This document shows, in pieces, positions 30,221 through 37,482 of a stretch of 64,000 nucleotides of DNA. Every line of letters begins with the position of its first letter. The first letter of the stretch is position 1. The translations under genes were made by a program, and so were the position numbers. The notes below the pieces were generated by a model. The model did not search any database. It was not told the origin of the DNA and saw only the letters and a program-made list of their open reading frames with translations. This DNA is from a virus: IMG/VR virus record IMGVR_UViG_3300030099_005838. One strand, written 5' to 3'.

Positions 30221-31961
30221 AAAAATATCAATCGAAGAAATAAACAACGTAGAGTGTGAAACTGTCTTAGACAAATGGGGTAGGATTGCATACGGTGTTA
30301 ATCAATCACGCAAAGTCTTATATGATAGAAAGAGAAACCTATACTACAAAATATTCGATAAAGAATACTGTCGTAGAGACAATTTTATAACAGCTGTCGA
30401 AAAGGGTTACTTCAGAGAGGTCGCACCTGCTCTTCTATCACTAATAGTAGATGGTGATGATATAGTAGGTTATATTTGTGAAGGTGGAGAGACATTAACT
30501 ACACCCAATTCTATTCATACATTGCAAGAAAAACTATTGGAGTTAGTAGATGATACTAAACTATTCTATTATGATTTAGTGCCACAAAATATAGTCGTAA
30601 TGAGAAACACTGGAAAACTAAGTCTCATTGATTTAGAGAGTGTGTATCATATAGATGAGCTATACAGAATAGATAAACATAAGGCGGTAGTAAAACCAGT
30701 TGAATATTTCAAAGAATTAGAAAAGAAATGGAGAGAAAACATGGATAAGGTTATAAGTTTTATACAACCTAGCAGAAATAACTTAAAATATCTAAAGTGG
30801 AGTTATGACTCTATCAGAAAGAATTTAGGATACCGACATGAGATATGTTGGGCCGATGATTTCTCTGATGATGGAACTTGGGAATGGATGCAGGAGATAG
30901 CAGAAAAAGATAAGAATGTAAAAATACATAGAAATGATGGGCCAACCAGATTAGGACACACAATACTCTATGATACGTTAATAAATGATTATGCAACTAA
31001 TGATATTGTTATGATATACCATGCTGATATGTATGCGTGTCCAAAATTAGATGAAGAGATACTTAAATATTTAGAACCAGGTAAGGTGGTTAGTGCAACT
31101 CGTATAGAACCACCATTACATCCTGATGGCCCTGAAAAAATACTAAAGGATTTTGGTATAGAACCTGAAGAATTTGATGAGTTTGGTTTAATGAGATTCT
31201 TAGACGAAGGGGTGGACTACAGTAAGAAACCTACTAATGGTATATTTGCACCTTGGGCGATATATAAGGAAGACTTCCAATTCATAGGTGGACATGACCC
31301 GTTGTATGCTCCACAATCTAAAGAAGACTCTGATATATTCAATCGATTCAAATTAGCTGGGTATGAGTTTATTCAAACGTGGAGAGGGTTTGTGTACCAT
31401 ATGACTTGTAGAGGTAGTAGATTTAAAGATGGTGCTATGAGAAATCCAGCCGGGCAGGTTTTTATGAAGGGTAGAGAATCATCAGAATGGTTAGCTCAGA
31501 ATCTAAGAAGCACTCGTAATTTTATCCGTAAATGGGGACATATGGTGCAACATGACCACTTACTACATCCTGTCATACCACCTAAATATGATATAGCTTT
31601 TGTTGCATATCGTTGTAGTAAAAAGATACTTTATGAGCTAGAACCTTGGTGTAGTGTCATTTATCTAGACCTAAGTGATTCGGATGGTATGACTGAATAT
31701 AGACGTGAGGAACAACCAAACACATCATTTGATTTAGATAAAAGAATTAAATTATATGGTAACAGCACCATATCAGAGTTACATGACATATGTGTCGAAT
31801 TTGATGCAGATAAACTAACGCCAGAGAACTTTCAGACTATCGTTAACCTATCAGCTATAATTCAAAATAGCGGACAGATAGGAGTTATGCAACATGATAT
31901 ATTCAAATTTTTCATAAAATCTTTGGATACTTATGAAAAAGATTTAATTTTAGTCAAATAA
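30213..31961 (+). CDS. kinase-like domain fused to GT2 glycosyltransferase
   Basis: YDLVPQNI...IDLE in the N-domain; WADDFSDDGT, HADM, ED and YH in the C-domain. Confidence 0.7.
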   Translation: MYKKISIEEINNVECETVLDKWGRIAYGVNQSRKVLYDRKRNLYYKIFDKEYCRRDNFITAVEKGYFREVAPALLSLIVDGDDIVGYICEGGETLTTPNSIHTLQEKLLELVDDTKLFYYDLVPQNIVVMRNTGKLSLIDLESVYHIDELYRIDKHKAVVKPVEYFKELEKKWRENMDKVISFIQPSRNNLKYLKWSYDSIRKNLGYRHEICWADDFSDDGTWEWMQEIAEKDKNVKIHRNDGPTRLGHTILYDTLINDYATNDIVMIYHADMYACPKLDEEILKYLEPGKVVSATRIEPPLHPDGPEKILKDFGIEPEEFDEFGLMRFLDEGVDYSKKPTNGIFAPWAIYKEDFQFIGGHDPLYAPQSKEDSDIFNRFKLAGYEFIQTWRGFVYHMTCRGSRFKDGAMRNPAGQVFMKGRESSEWLAQNLRSTRNFIRKWGHMVQHDHLLHPVIPPKYDIAFVAYRCSKKILYELEPWCSVIYLDLSDSDGMTEYRREEQPNTSFDLDKRIKLYGNSTISELHDICVEFDADKLTPENFQTIVNLSAIIQNSGQIGVMQHDIFKFFIKSLDTYEKDLILVK

Positions 31962-31977
31962 ATATATATATATTATT

Positions 31978-32211
31978 ATGATGTATTACATATTATTCAA
32001 CGAAAATTCCGAAGATTTATGGGATGAAAATACATTAGGAGAGGAGTCCTTTGGTACATTCTATACCGGATTAGGTTACATTGCACTGAATAAAATCGTA
32101 CAAACAGAGCCAGAGTTGTTAGCAAGCATCAAGATTAAAGATGAGCAGGGAAGGGATTATTCGGTGACAGAATTTTTAGATAGTTTACAAAAATGGAAAA
32201 TAATCACTTGA
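31978..32211 (+). CDS. hypothetical protein
   Basis: ORF track. Confidence 0.55.
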   Translation: MMYYILFNENSEDLWDENTLGEESFGTFYTGLGYIALNKIVQTEPELLASIKIKDEQGRDYSVTEFLDSLQKWKIIT

Positions 32212-32236
32212 CTTTATCAAATATTATGTGTAGCTT
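32208..32236 (+). promoter_or_regulatory. early promoter TTGACT-N17-TAGCTT
   Basis: Consensus match followed by SD AAGGAG. Confidence 0.7.
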
Positions 32237-32249
32237 AAGGAGTTATTAA

Positions 32250-32423
32250 ATGGCTAAATATGATTATTATGAAGACCTAGAAGAACAGGCGTATCAAGAT
32301 AGTATAACACCCAAGAAAAAACCAAAGAAACAAAAAAAGAATTGGAGTGAAGATGTATCTAAAAAAAAGTTTGATTATCGTAAAAAAGATAATAAGTATA
32401 GTAACAATCCTAAACGTATTTAA
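32250..32423 (+). CDS. 57-aa acidic-then-basic protein (not in ORF track)
   Basis: Directly follows the promoter and SD AAGGAG; MAKYDYYEDLEE...PKRI. Confidence 0.55.
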   Translation: MAKYDYYEDLEEQAYQDSITPKKKPKKQKKNWSEDVSKKKFDYRKKDNKYSNNPKRI

Positions 32424-32994
32424 TGCATGTGAATCAAAGTTAGAGCCATATTCTCACGAAGAGTATACCTATAATCCACCAGAGATTGATTATGAGATTA
32501 CTCACAATGATACGATTGAAGACGATATAGTAGAGGATACGCTTTCTAAATTACAATTCGAAGTATTAACAGATTTGGAAATGGATTCTAATGGTTACTA
32601 CAGATTACAAATAGATACTACAAATTGGCAGACTCTATATAGATTTAGTGGTAGAGTAACGAGAGATAGTCTACCATGTAGGGTTATAGAGTTTGGATGG
32701 TATTCAGCTCATCATTGGATAATAGGTGATACTTTAGGATATGTTATTGCTAATAATGGTTTATCCGATGATATGGTTTACGTTGGGTACGACACAACAT
32801 ATTTGACTTGGTTCAATGGGTTCGAAGTACCAATAGTAAATGGCAGTTCTTACTCTAATGATGATGGAGAAGTCAATACTATGATTGCACCAGTTCAAAC
32901 TATGATTGGAGATACCATAAACATATCTTATGGTTTTTGGGATAATTGGAGATTAGAAGAGACACGAGGTTTCTTTGAAATTATTTTAGATTAA
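32353..32994 (+). CDS. putative lipoprotein
   Basis: Hydrophobic leader ending ...VFNAC; SD GGAG. Confidence 0.6.
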   Translation: MYLKKSLIIVKKIISIVTILNVFNACESKLEPYSHEEYTYNPPEIDYEITHNDTIEDDIVEDTLSKLQFEVLTDLEMDSNGYYRLQIDTTNWQTLYRFSGRVTRDSLPCRVIEFGWYSAHHWIIGDTLGYVIANNGLSDDMVYVGYDTTYLTWFNGFEVPIVNGSSYSNDDGEVNTMIAPVQTMIGDTINISYGFWDNWRLEETRGFFEIILD

Positions 32995-33004
32995 GGAGTT
33001 AATT

Positions 33005-33202
33005 ATGGAAAAACTTATTAGAGAGGTTTTGGATAAATATAATAGTGGTAGGAAGAAGTTGCCTAACCAAGATTTAGCCAGATTAATAGTCGCTCACATT
33101 AGGGTTGGTATCGATGGTAAAAAAGGTTGGTTCTTAGATTTAAGTGATTATGATGGACAATATGATAGGGAGCGTGAACTTATAGCCGAGTATGAAAGAT
33201 GA
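33005..33202 (+). CDS. hypothetical protein
   Basis: SD AAGGAG. Confidence 0.6.
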   Translation: MEKLIREVLDKYNSGRKKLPNQDLARLIVAHIRVGIDGKKGWFLDLSDYDGQYDRERELIAEYER

Positions 33203-33504
33203 AATGGGTATTGGTTAATAGATTTGATGAGATAGTTGATACTGTTGATATAGCTAGTGGGGTGGGAGTTAGTGGTGCAAAGACTTATTTCAGAAAAAGG
33301 AAGGAGATGAAAACAGAAGATTTTGATAAGCTATGGAAGGTGATGAGTAAAACAGAGTATGATAGGATATTCAAAAATAATTTACTAAATAGACAGATGG
33401 ATAAACGTAAGTACGAATGGTGGAAAGATGAGGAAACCTATTTAGATATTGAAGCACCAATTACTAAAAGTGGAGAAAGTAATGGCGGGAAAACAAAAGG
33501 GTAG
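33199..33504 (+). CDS. hypothetical protein
   Basis: ATGA overlap with upstream gene. Confidence 0.55.
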   Translation: MKWVLVNRFDEIVDTVDIASGVGVSGAKTYFRKRKEMKTEDFDKLWKVMSKTEYDRIFKNNLLNRQMDKRKYEWWKDEETYLDIEAPITKSGESNGGKTKG

Positions 33505-33673
33505 GAGAAGACACCTATCACCATCTCAGGAAAAAGAACTTGAGATGTTAGCAACAGAGATAGAGGCCGAAGCTATACAGATGAAGATAGATTATGAGGA
33601 TAATCCTTCAGAAGAAAGTGGTAGTGTAATATATGTACATCAGAATGCAGATATTTTGAAGGAAGAAGAATAA
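33480..33673 (+). CDS. hypothetical protein
   Basis: ORF; likely start MAGKQ. Confidence 0.5.
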
Positions 33674-33679
33674 TATTAT

Positions 33680-34141
33680 ATGCCAAGAATAAGAAGAACA
33701 TTGGGAATTAAGACAAGAAAGTTTGATGAACAGACTTTCGAAAATAATTTCAGATTTCCACCAAAACCTGATTCCTATTACGATGTAAAAGAAAAGGGTA
33801 TTTGCAGGTGGTGTGATGGTGTAATAAATAATGAAAGGGGTGAGAGAAATATGAGGGCTAGTTGGCATCCCGATTGTAGTGAAGAGTTTCTAATGTACTA
33901 TAATTCTAAACATATTAGAAAGTATATCAGACAAAGAGATTACTGCGAATGTGCTGAATGTGGTGAATATGACCCAAGATTTCAAATAGACCACATAAGA
34001 CCATTGTATGAGCAAAAGTACAAACAACCACATGAGGTTGATTGGTCATATTGGGATGAAAAGAATTTACAAACCTTATGTCGAAAATGTCATAAGGAAA
34101 AAACAAAAACAGATATGGAAAATCTCAGGAGCATGAAATGA
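33680..34141 (+). CDS. HNH endonuclease
   Basis: CAEC...IDHIRP...NLQTLCRKCH. Confidence 0.8.
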   Translation: MPRIRRTLGIKTRKFDEQTFENNFRFPPKPDSYYDVKEKGICRWCDGVINNERGERNMRASWHPDCSEEFLMYYNSKHIRKYIRQRDYCECAECGEYDPRFQIDHIRPLYEQKYKQPHEVDWSYWDEKNLQTLCRKCHKEKTKTDMENLRSMK

Positions 34142-34359
34142 TAATAACAACATTGGGATGGCTTTGGATAGGTATATTAGTCGGTTCTACAGCTGGTTTA
34201 GTGTGGTCTACTATACATTATACGAAAAAGATAGGTACTTTAGAAGATGAAATAAAAACCCTTAGAGGGACTAGAAATGTACTGAAGGATGAGTTAATTA
34301 AATTAAATAATTCACCTAAACCCAAGCCAAGAAGTAGACGAAAGGGATATAAAAAATAG
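34138..34359 (+). CDS. small membrane protein (TM plus coiled coil)
   Basis: N-terminal hydrophobic helix. Confidence 0.55.
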   Translation: MIITTLGWLWIGILVGSTAGLVWSTIHYTKKIGTLEDEIKTLRGTRNVLKDELIKLNNSPKPKPRSRRKGYKK

Positions 34360-34367
34360 TATATAAT

Positions 34368-34376
34368 ATATTTATA
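34368..34376 (+). promoter_or_regulatory. putative late-promoter motif ATATTTATA
   Basis: Intergenic, before GTG 34400. Confidence 0.5.
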
Positions 34377-34399
34377 TGTAACTGAAATGGAGATTCCAA

Positions 34400-34681
34400 G
34401 TGAATGCAAATGATAGAAAAGAGTTTGAGATAGTACATCTAAAGATAGACGAACTCAAAAAAGACATTACTGAACTAAAGATTGAGATGGGTAAACAACA
34501 CTCAAAGACAGATGAATCTCTAAGTTTTATAAAAGAAAACCTATTTAATCCAAATCAAGGATTATGGGCTGAAACCAAATTAAATAGTCAATTCAGAGAG
34601 AACTCACAGAAGTGGAGAGGGATAGTCGGTACGGGATTTGTCGGATTGTTCCTCAAACAGTTGTGGGATATGATGAGTTGA
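34400..34681 (+). CDS. coiled-coil protein with C-terminal TM helix
   Basis: SD GGAG; C-terminal GIVGTGFVGLFL. Confidence 0.6.
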   Translation: MNANDRKEFEIVHLKIDELKKDITELKIEMGKQHSKTDESLSFIKENLFNPNQGLWAETKLNSQFRENSQKWRGIVGTGFVGLFLKQLWDMMS

Positions 34682-34961
34682 AGACGTGTGAATACGTGTA
34701 TCGCTTGACATCGTTGACACATGGTAAAATCTTCTAACGAAGATTTCACAGAATAGGGTTATATCAGCCTCCCCCATTTTCATTAGGTTTTCCAAAAAAT
34801 CCCCATCCTTTTTTGCAATTTTTCAATCGATTAATCGGAAGACAGCTAAGAGATTTAGGTGATTGAAAAAAATATCCCATTGGATTAGATTTAGCCTAAT
34901 ATTTTGAAATACAACTTATATTTATCATAAAGGGAATGAGCCCTTTAGTAACCCATTAGTT

Positions 34962-35267
34962 GTGAGAGAAAGAATGTTATTGAATATACTGCTTAGTTCG
35001 TTATTATTCATCACCAAAGAACCCGAGGTTATCAAACCCATTGAGATTAAACCCGATGATGTGAGCCCATCCCAAATCGGTTTAGCCATAGTGGAGTTTG
35101 TAATAGATAAGCAGGGTGAGGTCGGTGAGGTTTTAATCATAGATACATTTGATTTGAAGATAATCCCCCTATTGGAAGAAGCTGTTCGAAGGATGGAGTT
35201 CGAACCAGGTATGCAGAATGGTAGGCCTGTAGAGGTGAGGTATAGGTTGCCAATAGAATTCAAATAG
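34962..35267 (+). CDS. tonB: TonB C-terminal domain (energy transducer) protein
   Basis: VEFVIDKQGEV...EAVRRMEFEPGMQNGRPVEVRYRLPIEF. Confidence 0.75.
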   Translation: MRERMLLNILLSSLLFITKEPEVIKPIEIKPDDVSPSQIGLAIVEFVIDKQGEVGEVLIIDTFDLKIIPLLEEAVRRMEFEPGMQNGRPVEVRYRLPIEFK

Positions 35268-35326
35268 ATGTGGAAATCTTTTTATATGCCAGAGGGTTCT
35301 GAAATCTGAGGAAGTGAAGAGATTTG

Positions 35327-35361
35327 ATTGGGGGGAGGGGATGAACCGAGCTCCCCCCAAT
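35327..35361. terminator. 11-bp GC-rich hairpin (ATTGGGGGGAG/CTCCCCCCAAT)
   Basis: Perfect inverted repeat downstream of tonB; no clear U-tract. Confidence 0.45.
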
Positions 35362-35670
35362 TATCACCCCATTACACTACTTATATATAAGAAGGTTACA
35401 TTGGATTCAGAACCAATGGAGAGAGCCCATCGAAACCATATTAGTGCTTTTACTCATTTTATTACCATTGGCCTACCTATGGTGGAAGGAATCCTAACCG
35501 AAATCCCCTTTGACACACCTTAACCCATTCTTACCCACTTTTTGACACTATCACCTATTTATTATTAGAAGATATTGGTTATTATATACTACGTGTATGT
35601 CTTTATGACATATTTTTTTAGCCAAGCATTTTAATAAACTGTGTGTGTCATATTGTCAGGAGGTGATGAG

Positions 35671-36186
35671 ATGCCGAAGAACTTAAGCAAGGATAGGATG
35701 GTTTGGGCCATTAATGAGACTACTTCTATGAGGCAAGCGGCTGTGTTATTAGGGGTAGCCTATAATACTTTTAAAAAGTATGCTAAGATGTATGAGCTGT
35801 GGAAACCCAATATGGATGGGCCTAGAGCTAAAAGTGGTCTTCCACGTGGCTTTAAGCCGGTGGAGATAGCCGATATACTCTCCGGTAAGAACCCCGATTA
35901 CTCCACAGCTAAGTTACAGTATAGGTTGGTTCGGGAGGGTTATCTGGAGGAGTGTTGTAGCAACTGTGGATATGATGAATACCGGCCGGCTGATATGACC
36001 AAGCCACTCCAATTAGACTATCTGGATGATGATTCTACCAATAAGGAATTTAGTAATCTCCGATTATTATGCTATAACTGTTATTATCTACTGAAATTGA
36101 ACCGAAATGAGCCCGCTGTACCCTCGAATGTGAAGACTTTTACCGAAGCAATTAACAAAGCCTTCTCCACCGACCCAACTGAGTAG
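35671..36186 (+). CDS. HTH plus degenerate HNH-like Zn-binding protein
   Basis: SMRQAAVLLGVAYNTFKKYA helix-turn-helix; CSNC...LQLDYLDDD..N...NLRLLCYNCY; SD GGAGGTG. Confidence 0.65.
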   Translation: MPKNLSKDRMVWAINETTSMRQAAVLLGVAYNTFKKYAKMYELWKPNMDGPRAKSGLPRGFKPVEIADILSGKNPDYSTAKLQYRLVREGYLEECCSNCGYDEYRPADMTKPLQLDYLDDDSTNKEFSNLRLLCYNCYYLLKLNRNEPAVPSNVKTFTEAINKAFSTDPTE

Positions 36187-36210
36187 CGAATCCCAATCTC
36201 AATACCCCTA

Positions 36211-36240
36211 AGCTTAACGCATTTTTGCCATATAAGTCAA
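36211..36240 (-). promoter_or_regulatory. minus-strand promoter TTGACT-N18-TAAGCT
   Basis: Reverse complement reads gaaaagacTTGACT...TAAGCTtagggg, with the same flanks as the + strand copies. Confidence 0.5.
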
Positions 36241-36334
36241 GTCTTTTCTTCAAAAAACCCTATATTTTATGCGGCGTATCGACTGCACGCGGCTAATTAA
36301 TTGAAAAAAAATGAAAAAAAAGTGAAAAAAACCC

Positions 36335-36363
36335 TTGACTTTTAGCTTATTTCTTCGTAGCTT
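36335..36363 (+). promoter_or_regulatory. early promoter TTGACT-N17-TAGCTT
   Basis: Consensus match with an A-rich UP element. Confidence 0.7.
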
Positions 36364-36369
36364 AAGGGG

Positions 36370-36587
36370 TAATGATTAAGGAAATGATAATGAATTAGTG
36401 AGAAAAGATTTAAAGAGAACACTTTGGCTAAGACTTAATCTCTTCGCAGTGTTCTCTGAGTGGGGCTAGGGTTAAGAGCCACTGCCTGTCATTTTGTCTG
36501 ACATCTGGCGCCCCAAAGATTTACTTGTGTTGTTGGTTAGGTGTGGCTGAGAGGTTTCCTCCTTATTCCCTCTCAGCCACTTTTTTT
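36370..36587 (+). ncRNA. putative structured small RNA (~215 nt)
   Basis: Lies between a promoter and a terminator; longest ORF seen at its 5' end is 8 codons; stems at 36414-23/36448-57 and 36461-66/36510-15. Confidence 0.5.
36543..36587 (+). terminator. intrinsic terminator with 12-bp stem and CCTCCTTA-containing loop
   Basis: GTGGCTGAGAGG/CCTCTCAGCCAC followed by T7. Confidence 0.85.
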
Positions 36588-36629
36588 ATTAACTCGGTTA
36601 GCTAAAATATATTTTGCTACGCAAACCTA

Positions 36630-36638
36630 ATATTTATA
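36630..36638 (+). promoter_or_regulatory. putative late-promoter motif ATATTTATA
   Basis: 3 nt before ATG 36642 (would give a leaderless mRNA). Confidence 0.45.
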
Positions 36639-36641
36639 TAT

Positions 36642-36830
36642 ATGAAAGACTTTAAACGATTACAGACACTTATCAACCAGATGGAGACGGACCTCATCAT
36701 GCTCTATCAGAGCGGGGAGGTGCTTGAGTTCATGGAAGAGGACCCCGAGTACATAGCAGTATCGATGGTTAGTCTAATACTGGATAGGGAGCACTTCCTA
36801 CAGCTAGGTATGGTGGTGGGGGAGGCATGA
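36642..36830 (+). CDS. hypothetical protein
   Basis: ORF track. Confidence 0.5.
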   Translation: MKDFKRLQTLINQMETDLIMLYQSGEVLEFMEEDPEYIAVSMVSLILDREHFLQLGMVVGEA

Positions 36831-37007
36831 CAGAGTGACAGAGCTGGGGGCCATGCCGTAGCATTAAGTCGTTAATCGCGAGCAGGTGACAATATGTCAC
36901 ACGCTCATGCTGAAGCGTATATAGAGGCTAAATTTTTTTCCCTATAGTAATTGATAAAACTTTCGTATCATAATGATAAAAAATAATCAGCGTATTAGAA
37001 GGAGAGT

Positions 37008-37271
37008 ATGATGAGTAAATTAAATGATTTCATGCTACAATGGGGTGTGGATAAGTTTCTACACTTTATGGCTGGAGCTGCTATTTTCGCTATCACAGGA
37101 TCTTGGATAGTTCTATTGGTTGTTAGCTTTGGAAAGGAATTGTACGACAGGTACAATGGAACAAGCGGTTGGAATAATTGGGATGCATTGGCAACTATCG
37201 CAGGTGGGGTGGTTGCATTTATCGGACAATGGGTTTGGAACTACCTACCCTATACAGAATATCTTATGTAG
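37008..37271 (+). CDS. small membrane protein
   Basis: DKFLHF...KELYD...DALAT with hydrophobic helices; SD AAGGAG. Confidence 0.65.
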   Translation: MMSKLNDFMLQWGVDKFLHFMAGAAIFAITGSWIVLLVVSFGKELYDRYNGTSGWNNWDALATIAGGVVAFIGQWVWNYLPYTEYLM

Positions 37272-37272
37272 A

Positions 37273-37437
37273 ATGATGTGGTTTAGGATTAAGGCATATG
37301 AAAGGGATATCGGACGTAACATTACCTTCTGGCTATGGGGTGATGGTGAGGAGCATATCAGAAGTATTTTATCCGATAGGGATAACATTACAGATATAGA
37401 GTATATAGAAGAGGCCACACCAGACTTTATAGATTAA
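37273..37437 (+). CDS. hypothetical protein
   Basis: Likely start MMWFRIK. Confidence 0.45.
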   Translation: MMWFRIKAYERDIGRNITFWLWGDGEEHIRSILSDRDNITDIEYIEEATPDFID

Positions 37438-37468
37438 AAATAATTACCTTCTTTTCCCCACCTATCTG

Positions 37469-37477
37469 ATATTTATA
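37469..37477 (+). promoter_or_regulatory. putative late-promoter motif ATATTTATA
   Basis: 5 nt before ATG 37483. Confidence 0.45.
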
Positions 37478-37482
37478 TATGT

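Larger units (their letters stand above)
35596..36900. repeat. dispersed TGTCA/TGACA motifs, several paired at 8-bp spacing
   Basis: Pairs at 35646/35654, 36487/36495-36503, 36828/36836 and 36887/36895; palindrome 35596-35612. Confidence 0.5.

Noticed and set aside
34705-34730. TTGACA...TAAAAT sigma70 promoter
   Set aside because: The spacing (14 or 5 nt) is wrong; counted instead with the TGACA motif array.
35314-35523. 69-aa ORF after tonB
   Set aside because: It runs through a GC hairpin, has atypical composition and no SD; probably non-coding.
36461-36515. tRNA-like cloverleaf (GGGGC/GCCCCA with a 5-bp stem and 7-nt loop)
   Set aside because: No T-arm (GTTCRA) or D-arm consensus and the wrong length; treated as part of the sRNA. 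No tRNA genes were recognised in the window.
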